IMG/VR virus record: IMGVR_UViG_3300043220_000053
Coordinates: 1 to 45,537 of that record
DNA: 45,537 nucleotides
Reading direction: 5' to 3' (one strand)
Origin: a virus
Lineage: Duplodnaviria; Caudoviricetes
A program made the position numbers and the translations under genes. Position 1 is the stretch's first letter, and every line of letters starts with the position of its first letter. This document shows positions 1-8,032 of the stretch, in pieces. A model generated the notes under the pieces. It saw only the letters and a list, made by a program, of their open reading frames with translations, did not search any database and was not told where the DNA came from.

Positions 1-127
1 GGCCGGAGTCCTCTGAGAGCCAACCTACGCAGCCACAGCAGTTCGTGATGGTCAGCCTCTCGCTCAAACAGCGTCCGTATCTCGCCCGACTCCCGCTTGG
101 CGAGGAACTTGAGAGCGTCCGCCAGAA
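1..127. repeat. Terminal direct repeat (assembly overlap marking a circular contig)
   Basis: Identical to 45411-45537, and an ORF reads through the join in frame. Confidence 0.95.
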
Positions 128-572
128 CACCTTCGGCCAGGGTGAACTTGTCGATGTTGATAGCCGTTCCCTCGGCGATAGTGGTCATAGCGCCGGACGA
201 ACCCTCACGGGCGCGTATCTTTATCCAGTCGTTCAGCCGTGTCGGTGGGATGAGGTAGTGAATCTCATAAGCCTCGCTCGAAGCAGACGCGCCAATAACT
301 GGAGAAATGGTCAGGTCGCCCGCGTCGCGGTCGTAGGCCGTCACCCTGGACTGCTGCGGGGCAGCCACGCCAGGGACGTACACCCAGGCAGAGACGTAAT
401 CGAGGGACGTGTAGACCGCGCTCTCTAAGTGAACCGTGTCCGTCCCACCTGTGCTGATGATGCTTGAAGTATCCCCACCAGAGGCGGTGTCAAGAATCAC
501 GTCGCGGACGACGTAGAGCCGCCGAATGACCTCTCCCCGCACGTCGGCTAGGTTCGCTGCTGCGATAGCCAT
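1..572 (-). CDS. Head-tail adaptor/ring-like protein, 5' part (212 aa in total, continues at 45410-45344); missing from the ORF track
   Basis: ATG at 572 overlaps the stop of 572-1180. My translation MAIAAANLADVRGEVIRRLY...SRVTAYDRDAGDLTISP...YEIHYLIPPTRLNDWI aligns by eye with 572-1180 and 44051-45343. Confidence 0.8.
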   Translation of the reverse strand, partial: MAIAAANLADVRGEVIRRLYVVRDVILDTASGGDTSSIISTGGTDTVHLESAVYTSLDYVSAWVYVPGVAAPQQSRVTAYDRDAGDLTISPVIGASASSEAYEIHYLIPPTRLNDWIKIRAREGSSGAMTTIAEGTAINIDKFTLAEGVLADALKFLAKRESGEIRTLFEREADHHELLWLRRLALRGLR

Positions 573-1180
573 TACCGCGCCTCCTGTAGCTCGGGCAACT
601 TATAGCCAATGAGGGTCTCCAACCCGCCCATCCAGTTGTCGAAGTGGCTCTGCCACTGGTCGGTCAGTTCACCTCTACGAGCCGCGCTCAGATGCTCCTC
701 ACGAGCCATCCCTTGCTTCAGGTAGTACAGCGCCCCCTCAAGCAGAATCTCCTTGTCATAGATAGCTGCGGTCGTTAGGTCGTCGTTCCCAGAGATGGAG
801 GCATAGCCACCGTTGGAGCCAAACTCCAGCGCCCAGTTAATCGCCTCGTTCAGACGGTCAGGATGGAGCTTGGGATGGAGTTCGTAGTCGTCACCGGAAC
901 CCAACGCAGCCGAGAACACAGGGTCAACCGTCAGTACCCCGTTGGCGGGGTCGTACTGCGAAACCATCCTCGCCTCCCCCTCTGGAGCGGCGTCATCGGC
1001 CGAGTAGATGAACAGCCAATAGCCGACGAAATGGTTGGCTCCCGCGACGGTGGACTTGAGCGTCACGTCAGTAAGCGTCGTAGCGCTGGTGCCGGTTTGG
1101 TTCCCCGTCAGGAACGACTCCGACCCGTACAACCGCTGGGCCAGCTCTTGTCTCAGGACTAAAGGTGCTTCAGTAGGCAT
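572..1180 (-). CDS. Head-tail adaptor/ring-like virion protein
   Basis: 202 aa, RBS AAGGAG, paralogous to both neighbours, lies upstream of the nozzle gene. Confidence 0.65.
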   Translation of the reverse strand: MPTEAPLVLRQELAQRLYGSESFLTGNQTGTSATTLTDVTLKSTVAGANHFVGYWLFIYSADDAAPEGEARMVSQYDPANGVLTVDPVFSAALGSGDDYELHPKLHPDRLNEAINWALEFGSNGGYASISGNDDLTTAAIYDKEILLEGALYYLKQGMAREEHLSAARRGELTDQWQSHFDNWMGGLETLIGYKLPELQEAR

Positions 1181-1199
1181 GGCTCTCCTTTCGAGGCAT

Positions 1200-1220
1200 C
1201 AAAAACGCCCCCGAAGGGGC
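1200..1220 (-). terminator. Intrinsic terminator
   Basis: Minus strand GCCCC-TTCG-GGGGC followed by GTTTTT. Confidence 0.75.
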
Positions 1221-1225
1221 ACTAG

Positions 1226-1237
1226 CATTTCGTGATG
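1226..1237. promoter_or_regulatory. 12-bp motif CATTTCGTGATG
   Basis: Exact copy of the genome-wide motif, intergenic, 5 nt from the terminator. Confidence 0.75.
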
Positions 1238-1252
1238 GGCCTGCCTGCCGGG

Positions 1253-1381
1253 CTACTTGCGCTTGCGAGCGTGTTCGCGCAGCTTCTTCTCGCTCATACC
1301 CGTGCGAGTCTTCTTACCCGCCCTCTTTCGAGCTAGTTCCGCGCCGAAGAAACGCTGTTGTCTCCGTGTCTTGGCGGGCAT
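1253..1381 (-). CDS. Small basic protein, DUF3008-like (42 aa)
   Basis: MPAKTRRQQRFFGAELARKRAGKKTRTGMSEKKLREHARKRK; its ATG abuts the upstream stop. Confidence 0.7.
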   Translation of the reverse strand: MPAKTRRQQRFFGAELARKRAGKKTRTGMSEKKLREHARKRK

Positions 1382-1513
1382 CTACCGCCCCCGACGCGTC
1401 CTGGCTCCCACGTTGCGGCGCTTGGCAGCGCGGCCCGCCACCGTGTCTTTCCGATGCAGCCGTGCCCGCTCCTGGGCTACGGTCTCTCCTGGTCTGCGTC
1501 GATGCAGTGCCAT
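1382..1513 (-). CDS. Arg-rich basic microprotein (43 aa)
   Basis: RBS AAGGAGG before the ATG at 1513; MALHRRRPGETVAQERARLHRK... Confidence 0.65.
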   Translation of the reverse strand: MALHRRRPGETVAQERARLHRKDTVAGRAAKRRNVGARTRRGR

Positions 1514-1514
1514 G

Positions 1515-1613
1515 TTAGTCCTCCTTGCGGCCTTCCGCGCCGCAGATACATTTGGCCGTCTTGCCACCTCGTTGCTTCCACCAGTGGCCGTTGGGGCAGG
1601 TGTACTTACTCAT
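1515..1613 (-). CDS. Small Zn-ribbon-like protein (32 aa)
   Basis: MSKYTCPNGHWW...KCICG; fills the gap between neighbouring genes. Confidence 0.5.
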   Translation of the reverse strand: MSKYTCPNGHWWKQRGGKTAKCICGAEGRKED

Positions 1614-2340
1614 ACCAGATATGCGCCCAAGCCATTGAGATGCGGTTGTTTGTCGAGGAGAACCCTCCAAACGAGCAGGGCCAGAGATCGGCCTGTGAGT
1701 CCATTGTTCCCTGACTTGTGTCGTCAATGAACCACTCAATGGCGTCCGTAGTCCCTCTGGAAACGACAATGCGCCACTGGTGAAAGTCGGTATCCACACT
1801 CGAACCTGAGTCCGAGTCGTTCGGCTGCCGTATCACGAAGTTACTGGAATCAGAGTGAATCCAAGCCATCGCGTCGTCCGCCGTCCCCGACGTACCGCCA
1901 GCCTCGGTGAGCCCGAAGCCGCTCCGCGTCTCGTTAGATGAGTTGGTCGTGAAGGCGGCATAAACCTCTACGATCAACCTAGTGGGAACTTTTCCTAGAA
2001 ACTGTCCCGCCATCAGGCCGTGGGCATAGTCCCCAAAGATGGTCGGGGATTGTAGCAAGTCATTGTCATCCCCAAACAGAAACGAGTTCGGTGTCCCTAC
2101 ATCAGTCGAGTCCAAGAAACTACCAGCAGTCGGAGAAGCCAACGCGATAGCGGTAGTCGTCCAGCCGAAATCTGTTATCAGGTCGTTGTGGGTGCCACCA
2201 GCGTACTCCGCCTCCGACAGAAGCCAGAAGTCAGTCCCCGCTGAGCGGTTCCAGTCCTGCGCCTTGTAGATATGCTCGCGCAGATTATGTGCGACTCGGA
2301 CTATCCCGTGTCCCTTTGGGATTGAGAGTTCTGCTACCAT
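1606..2340 (-). CDS. Virion protein with a predicted lectin/jelly-roll beta domain
   Basis: 244 aa, RBS AGGAG, ConA-like C-terminus (FHQWRIVV...IEWFIDD). Confidence 0.55.
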   Translation of the reverse strand: MVAELSIPKGHGIVRVAHNLREHIYKAQDWNRSAGTDFWLLSEAEYAGGTHNDLITDFGWTTTAIALASPTAGSFLDSTDVGTPNSFLFGDDNDLLQSPTIFGDYAHGLMAGQFLGKVPTRLIVEVYAAFTTNSSNETRSGFGLTEAGGTSGTADDAMAWIHSDSSNFVIRQPNDSDSGSSVDTDFHQWRIVVSRGTTDAIEWFIDDTSQGTMDSQADLWPCSFGGFSSTNNRISMAWAHIWYE

Positions 2341-2421
2341 CTCCTACTCCTTCAATTACAATGGGAAGCAGCCGCGAGGCGAGTCACCTCCGGCTGTACA
2401 ACACCTTACGGTGCGCCCGAA

Positions 2422-3078
2422 TTACTTATGGGCCATGCTCTTGTGCGCCTTGACCCGTTTAAGTCCTGTCCTGCCGCAGATGTCGCACTCGCCCTTCACG
2501 GCGCGGACAACCTTTTGGGGATCACGGTGCACCTTGGCTGACATCTCGTCTAGGAATTCACCGTCTTTCTGTCCGCCCCCTGCGAGAGCGAGTGTGGCAT
2601 CTAGCTGCGAGTCCAAGCGTTTCTCCCGCTTCTCTTCCTTCTGATCCTCTACATATCCTTGGTAGGCAACCCACTCGTTCTTGTGGCGATGAAGCGCGTG
2701 CATCCGTTTGGATTGGTCGTTGGCGAGGGTGCCCTTGGGGCAGGTTGCGCTTTGCAGCCCGATCATCTCTAGGATCGGTCGCTCAGGGCTGTCTTTATGC
2801 AAGAAGCACTTGACCGTCCCCGGTCTGTATTCGGGCGCATCCTTGGCCTCGGCCACAAAACGGGGGTTCCCGTCTTTGTCCGTCAGGCCCATCACCTCGT
2901 TTATCCTGTAGGCGGGAACTGGAACAGGCGATCCGTCTTCCACTGAATAGACGGTTACTGGCTCTCGGCCTGGAGAAATCTCCAAGAACAGAATATCCCC
3001 TACTTCCTCTGCTGACAGGTTGGCGATCTGGCTTTTGAGATCACGGATTCGCTCAGCCGTTGCGGCTTTTCCTGGCAT
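2422..3078 (-). CDS. Hypothetical protein with C2H2-type Zn-finger motifs
   Basis: CDICGRTGLKRVKAHKSMAH at the C-terminus, plus C..H..C..H..H in the middle. Confidence 0.65.
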   Translation of the reverse strand: MPGKAATAERIRDLKSQIANLSAEEVGDILFLEISPGREPVTVYSVEDGSPVPVPAYRINEVMGLTDKDGNPRFVAEAKDAPEYRPGTVKCFLHKDSPERPILEMIGLQSATCPKGTLANDQSKRMHALHRHKNEWVAYQGYVEDQKEEKREKRLDSQLDATLALAGGGQKDGEFLDEMSAKVHRDPQKVVRAVKGECDICGRTGLKRVKAHKSMAHK

Positions 3079-3502
3079 TCCTCTTCTCCTTGTGTCTGCT
3101 AATTACGGCCTCACGCGGGAAGTCGTTTCTCTGGATTGATACCCCCGACCCAAAGTGGCTGCGGTTCGCTCTCACATCTAGTAGTTGCTCCTCTTGCTTC
3201 AGGATGTCGGAGATGAGGGTGCTTTCGGCCTGCATCTCTCTCCGTCGTTTGGCCCACTTGTCGCTATGTCGATCCCTCTCCGCAAGTTCCTGTAATTGGG
3301 CCACAGAGTCTTCTCCGTCGGAGATATATCCAGTCTCCGTAGCGTCGGGGAAGTCAGAGACAGGGCCGTAGTCAGTCTCAAACTTGGCTTTTGCATCTCC
3401 CCTGACGACAAATACGCGCTGAATCCACCGGCCCCTAACTGGCCCCTCCCATACTCCATAACACGGTTCGTCTGGGTGAATCCGATGGGTGACCACGTGC
3501 AT
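3053..3502 (-). CDS. Hypothetical protein (late operon)
   Basis: 149-aa ORF in operon register. Confidence 0.7.
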   Translation of the reverse strand: MHVVTHRIHPDEPCYGVWEGPVRGRWIQRVFVVRGDAKAKFETDYGPVSDFPDATETGYISDGEDSVAQLQELAERDRHSDKWAKRRREMQAESTLISDILKQEEQLLDVRANRSHFGSGVSIQRNDFPREAVISRHKEKRNARKSRNG

Positions 3503-3504
3503 AT

Positions 3505-3612
3505 TTATTTCACAGGCTTCCCGCAGTCAGGACAGGTGGCGGTGGAGGTCAGCGCACCGCAACCGTTACAGGCGCGGAATTCAGTCCGTTTTACCTTTGA
3601 CTTCTTCTCCAA
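3505..3612 (-). CDS. Zn-ribbon microprotein (35 aa)
   Basis: TTG start with GGAGG; RACNGCGALTSTATCPDCGKPVK. Confidence 0.5.
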   Translation of the reverse strand: MEKKSKVKRTEFRACNGCGALTSTATCPDCGKPVK

Positions 3613-4453
3613 GTGTCACCTCCGCACCAGGGAATAGCTCTTCTACGGGAATACCCTCCCCAAAGTTGGGCATGGCCTTTTCCACTTCATGGAGCCGCCC
3701 ATCAAGGTCTATCTGGTCGCAGACGACGTTACCCGCCGCATACCATTTCAACTTGGTTGCCTTGCACCAGTCGGCGAAGAAGAAGTCATCCGTCGTCTTG
3801 TCGTCCACCTCGAAGTAGCGCCCGTCCGTCACGGGAATCTTCGCCAAGCTCGCAATGCGGATAATTAAAAACCCCGTGCCAGTCATGTAGACCTGTTCGG
3901 CGTGTCCGTCCCGCCAGCCCCACCAAACGCCAGTCTTTTCCTCGTTGTCCTTAGCCACGATAGGCTCCATTGTGACCTTGCGGGGATAAATCCCACCCAC
4001 GAGATCGATGCTGTCATCGGCGTCAATGATGGCCAGTAAGTGCTGCACCGCTAACCTATCGTGAGGAACAACGTCATCGTCCCAGAAGAAGAGGTAGTCA
4101 AACCCCTCCTCCTGGGCCTGTTTCACCCCCTTGTTTCGGGCGTCAACAGTCGTTTCACCGATGATGACGTTACGCTTGAACGTCCTCCACAAAGGTAACG
4201 TCTGACCGATTACCGATAACGCCCACTCCATACGCACTTGGCCGAGCGTACAGGTGACTATGAGGACGCTGCTGGTAGGCTTAACCTCGTCAACATCCAG
4301 AGCCGCCAACCACGTTTCGCACTCCTGTATAGCGCCCTCGTGGAGATAGACCTGGACATTCTGGGCGTCAGCGTTGTCAGCGTGATCCTGGCGGGACTTT
4401 TTGAGATCACCTAAGCGAGCTTGGAGTTTCTGTTTTTCCCTGGTATCCGCCAT
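3581..4453 (-). CDS. Glycosyltransferase, GT-A/GT2-like, with an N-terminal coiled coil
   Basis: DARNKGV...FDYLFFWDDDVV (DxD), GTGFLII, DDFFF. Confidence 0.8.
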   Translation of the reverse strand: MADTREKQKLQARLGDLKKSRQDHADNADAQNVQVYLHEGAIQECETWLAALDVDEVKPTSSVLIVTCTLGQVRMEWALSVIGQTLPLWRTFKRNVIIGETTVDARNKGVKQAQEEGFDYLFFWDDDVVPHDRLAVQHLLAIIDADDSIDLVGGIYPRKVTMEPIVAKDNEEKTGVWWGWRDGHAEQVYMTGTGFLIIRIASLAKIPVTDGRYFEVDDKTTDDFFFADWCKATKLKWYAAGNVVCDQIDLDGRLHEVEKAMPNFGEGIPVEELFPGAEVTLGEEVKGKTD

Positions 4454-4674
4454 CGTCCTATGTTCCAAGCATGGAACTTGCCTGTCTGGATTAGAGTCTC
4501 CGCTTCGGGAGGGGTCATGTAGTATTTGTAGTCCTCCTCGAAGTCAATAGCGTCAATCTCGCAATCCTCTAGGCAGACGACCTGGACGATTTCAGGGGCC
4601 TCTTTCGAGATAATCCCCTTCAGCCGTAGGCCGCTGGGAACCTTGATTCGGTTTCTAACGTCTGTTCTTTCCAT
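4411..4674 (-). CDS. Hypothetical protein
   Basis: RBS GGAGGAG before the ATG at 4674. Confidence 0.65.
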   Translation of the reverse strand: MERTDVRNRIKVPSGLRLKGIISKEAPEIVQVVCLEDCEIDAIDFEEDYKYYMTPPEAETLIQTGKFHAWNIGRWRIPGKNRNSKLA

Positions 4675-4682
4675 GTCTCCTC

Positions 4683-5294
4683 CTATGCTGGAACCTGAGT
4701 CCAAAGCTTGACGTAGCGGGTAGCGGAGCCGACCTTGACCTTGATGCTCCCCGACTCTCCGGTGGTGGTCGCGTCTGTCCAGGCGATAGAGGAGTCATTG
4801 GGAAGCTTTACGAAGTAGTCCCACGTCCCAGTGTCACCCTGTGGCTCAACCTCCATTACAGCGAAGTCACCGCTTGGATTAACGTTGAGCTGCGAGAAGA
4901 TACGGATCGCTACTGCGTCGCCAGCGATGGTGTTGGTGCCACTGTCGTCCAAGTTGATCTCAATGGCGCGGTAGTCACCAGATAATGAGTTAGTCCCCTT
5001 CATCATCGGTTCTGCCTTAAAGGCGGTGACGCTGGCAGCGTCCACGCTGGACGCGACACGCGGGCTAGTCAGAAGCCCAGTCACATCCCCCGTAGTCGTT
5101 ACTGACTGGTTGATCTTGGTCTGGGGGCCGTTGGAGTCGCCGGAGGTGTCCGTCCCGTCGTCGTCAAACGACATGATTTGAAGCCCGTCTTTGTAGATTT
5201 GCAGACGGGCCTGGCCTGCGGCCTGGGTCGGCTTCTTCCTGCCCCAGTTATAGAAAAAGCCCCTGTGTATACTTGATGGTTCGCGTCTTGCCAT
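4683..5294 (-). CDS. Putative head fibre/minor virion protein
   Basis: RBS AAGGAGG; beta-rich; fibre-tip-like C-terminus GSIKVKVGSATRYVKLW. Confidence 0.55.
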   Translation of the reverse strand: MARREPSSIHRGFFYNWGRKKPTQAAGQARLQIYKDGLQIMSFDDDGTDTSGDSNGPQTKINQSVTTTGDVTGLLTSPRVASSVDAASVTAFKAEPMMKGTNSLSGDYRAIEINLDDSGTNTIAGDAVAIRIFSQLNVNPSGDFAVMEVEPQGDTGTWDYFVKLPNDSSIAWTDATTTGESGSIKVKVGSATRYVKLWTQVPA

Positions 5295-5400
5295 TTCATC
5301 CTCCTTGCCGAAAGTCGGCACTTGAAAGGGGATTGTCGGGGCTGTTTAGCGGCACAGCCCCTAGAAGCCGACTAAATCACGCGCTTCTCCTTAGTCACCT

Positions 5401-6201
5401 CTAGGCAGTCCAATCTCTGCTGCCGGTCGCGCCGAAGTAGTCTACCTCGTGCGTCGGGTCGCCTGTGGACTGCTCTGCGAGGTGCATGTGCGGGTGATAG
5501 AGTGCGTCGGCGTCCAACGTTCCCGCCGCGAGGGTGGCCACGAGCGTCAGGCCGGTCTGATTCGCTGACCCCGCTGCGCCGAGGTAGCCCCGCGCCGTCC
5601 CGCTAGGGTCGATCTCGACACGGGCAACTATCCATGAGTCAGCCGCCAACGTCTCACCGGCGAGAATGCCGAGGCTACCCAACGTGGTAGCCCCTGTACG
5701 AGAGGTGACTGCCGCAGTAGTGTCCGCCGTGCCGTCCGAGGACGACATGAAGCGCATACCAGTCGCGGTGGCTTGAGAGTCGAAGTAGAAGCCCACTACC
5801 TGCCCACCGTCGTTGTCCGTCAGAGACGTGCCGTTCAGGGTGAACGGGTTGACCGTCTCATCACGGTCACAGGTCTCCTGCCAACCGAAGAAGACACGAT
5901 AGTCCGTGACCAGGAGCGACTTCCACCGACCCACTACGACGATGGTGCCGTTGCCCGAAGGCTGCATAGGTGCAGAGATTAGCGCAATGCCGTCCGCAGC
6001 CTGCGTTGCACCGGAGAAGCTGATAACACCGCCACCCTCGTCCACCACCACGTTCTGGTCTACGTTCCCACTGATGGGAACCATCAACACGTCCTTCCAA
6101 CGTACTGGAGTGCCACTCGTAAGAGTTATGTTGTCATCGTCCGTTAGCCCCTGGAAGTCCTCGAAGAATCCGATTTTCCCAAAGGCGTCTTGGATAGCCA
6201 T
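5401..6201 (-). CDS. Capsid decoration/minor capsid protein (beta-sandwich)
   Basis: Directly downstream of the MCP; FFEDF...VDYF jelly-roll-like pattern. Confidence 0.6.
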   Translation of the reverse strand: MAIQDAFGKIGFFEDFQGLTDDDNITLTSGTPVRWKDVLMVPISGNVDQNVVVDEGGGVISFSGATQAADGIALISAPMQPSGNGTIVVVGRWKSLLVTDYRVFFGWQETCDRDETVNPFTLNGTSLTDNDGGQVVGFYFDSQATATGMRFMSSSDGTADTTAAVTSRTGATTLGSLGILAGETLAADSWIVARVEIDPSGTARGYLGAAGSANQTGLTLVATLAAGTLDADALYHPHMHLAEQSTGDPTHEVDYFGATGSRDWTA

Positions 6202-6264
6202 TACTGTTCCTTTCCAGCGGTTGCTCCGCTATGGAAAATAAACTGGGTTGTACGCGATATTCGA

Positions 6265-7152
6265 TTACGAGGTCGGAGCGGTGAGGTCGCTCTTGTGAAG
6301 GTAGGCCCACACCTGAGTCGTGCCGCTCTTACGTTCCGCAAATGCCTTTTCGCTGACTAGGGAGATCACATCCGCCCCGCCACCGAAGTAAAGGTCGCGG
6401 TCGGTCTCCGGCTTCCTGTCCAGACCAATAATCGCCACAACACCCTCTCTGGAATGCGTCGCTTGGTTGCCATCTGAACTGGAGTCAATGGTGATGTTGC
6501 CGTCCTCAAAGACGTTGGAGCCCGCCACTGTGCCCATGAAGCCCCGTTTGAACACGTCCGCCGTTATGCCCATAGGGATGGTGTAAGTACCCACACCGGA
6601 TAGAATTTCATCCTGAATATCTTTGATACCAAATCCGTGCAGGACACTAAAGACTTCCGCCAAGCTGGGCTCTGTCGTGTTGGACGTGATGTTGCTCTTT
6701 GCTGCCGCGATATGTCCGAAGGACAGGGGGTTCCCTGCTCCCGGCGATGCAGTCGTGGCAAACGTCGAGAACAATGCGAGGTAGTCCTCGTCGTCCTTAC
6801 GGTTCATCGCGTTTCCAGACAGGCTCCCGAACTTGCCGATAACGATTGAGGAGAGCTTTCGGAACGTCCTGTCCGTGATCTTGAGGATGATCTGGCTCAT
6901 CGTCGGCTCGACTTGGAACAGCGTGCCCTGGAGCTGCTGGAAGTTCTGGTTGTTCGTGGACTCTGTGATGTCCTGCCCTGCAATCTGGCTGAGTGCGAAC
7001 TCCTGCCAGTTTAGGCCGGTATTCGGTTGCTGTTTGCGAACGTCACAAGTCCGTCGCCATGTGCCCGCGTTCTCCTTGACAATGCGGGCACTAGAATGGA
7101 TTGACGGCAGGGCGTCCGTAAGAGACCCTGTAGTCGTTGGCCCTACTACCAT
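6265..7152 (-). CDS. Major capsid protein (HK97 fold)
   Basis: 295 aa following the scaffold; spine-helix segment GNAMNRKDDEDYLALF and GTVAGSNVFEDGNI motif. Confidence 0.8.
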   Translation of the reverse strand: MVVGPTTTGSLTDALPSIHSSARIVKENAGTWRRTCDVRKQQPNTGLNWQEFALSQIAGQDITESTNNQNFQQLQGTLFQVEPTMSQIILKITDRTFRKLSSIVIGKFGSLSGNAMNRKDDEDYLALFSTFATTASPGAGNPLSFGHIAAAKSNITSNTTEPSLAEVFSVLHGFGIKDIQDEILSGVGTYTIPMGITADVFKRGFMGTVAGSNVFEDGNITIDSSSDGNQATHSREGVVAIIGLDRKPETDRDLYFGGGADVISLVSEKAFAERKSGTTQVWAYLHKSDLTAPTS

Positions 7153-7164
7153 TGTTTTCTCCTA

Positions 7165-7971
7165 TCAGCCCGCTTCTTGGCGGGCTTGAATTTCGATTAA
7201 TGTCTCGATGGGCGTGTTGGGGTCCATCTGTAGCTCTTCGTCGCTACGCCCGTCAGCCCCACCCTTTGGGGTCGTGTCCGGCCCGTCTGGACGGCCTCTC
7301 GCCTTGAGGTCTTCTATCGTGGCCTTCAGGGACGTGATTTCGTCCGATGAGGACTTATTGACTTTCCCTTCTCGTATCTCGTCGCGCTTCTTGAGGATGT
7401 CTCCCCAGCCCGTGCCACGATTGGCGATAACGTAGTCCTGAAGCTCGTCCTGGCTTCTTGGGTCAAGCGAGCCCCTCACGGCCCCGTATAGCTCCTGTGC
7501 AGCCTCTGACGACCCCTCAGTTTTGAGCCCCTTCTTGTAGGACTCGGAGTATGGCTCAATCGCCTCCTCCAGCCGCCCCACGAGCTTACCCACGGTATCC
7601 GCGTCACCGTCCTCCAATTTCTGGAGGATGTTGCCGTAAATGCCCGCGAGCTGCTTATGGGCCTCGGTAGCTTTCCAGTTACCAGTGGCCTCTTCGAGCT
7701 GGGCTTGGTAGGTAGTTCTTACTCCCTCCTCTATGCGCCGATCACGGCGTTCGAGATGGGGCTTGAACTCTTCCAGTTCCAACACGTCGTAGGGGTCAGT
7801 CTTGTCAGCCCAGGTCGGCTTCTCTGGTTCCGGCTTGGTCTCCGTCGGCTCGGCTTCGGGCTTCGGCTCCTCGGCAGGGGTCGCTTCAGGTGCGGCCTCT
7901 GTCTTCGGAGTCTCCACTACCTCAGCCGGAGTCGGGACTTCAACTTCGGTCGGCGTCTCTGCATCTGCCAT
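7165..7971 (-). CDS. Capsid scaffolding protein
   Basis: Acidic Pro/Glu-rich N-terminus, helical body, immediately upstream of the MCP; RBS GGAGG. Confidence 0.75.
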   Translation of the reverse strand: MADAETPTEVEVPTPAEVVETPKTEAAPEATPAEEPKPEAEPTETKPEPEKPTWADKTDPYDVLELEEFKPHLERRDRRIEEGVRTTYQAQLEEATGNWKATEAHKQLAGIYGNILQKLEDGDADTVGKLVGRLEEAIEPYSESYKKGLKTEGSSEAAQELYGAVRGSLDPRSQDELQDYVIANRGTGWGDILKKRDEIREGKVNKSSSDEITSLKATIEDLKARGRPDGPDTTPKGGADGRSDEELQMDPNTPIETLIEIQARQEAG

Positions 7972-7986
7972 GTTGTTCCTCCAATA

Positions 7987-8009
7987 CAAAAGGCCCCATT
8001 TCAGGGGCC
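7987..8009 (-). terminator. Intrinsic terminator
   Basis: Minus strand GGCCCC-TGAAAT-GGGGCC-TTTTG. Confidence 0.7.
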
Positions 8010-8011
8010 AA

Positions 8012-8023
8012 CATTTCGTGATG
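8012..8023. promoter_or_regulatory. 12-bp motif CATTTCGTGATG
   Basis: Exact copy, 2 nt from the terminator stem. Confidence 0.75.
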
Positions 8024-8032
8024 GATTATTGT

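Noticed and set aside
5336-5372. Hairpins at 5336-5372 and 2368-2397 as terminators
   Set aside because: The stems are real but lack a clear U-tract on the coding strand; they may be stability elements and are not called
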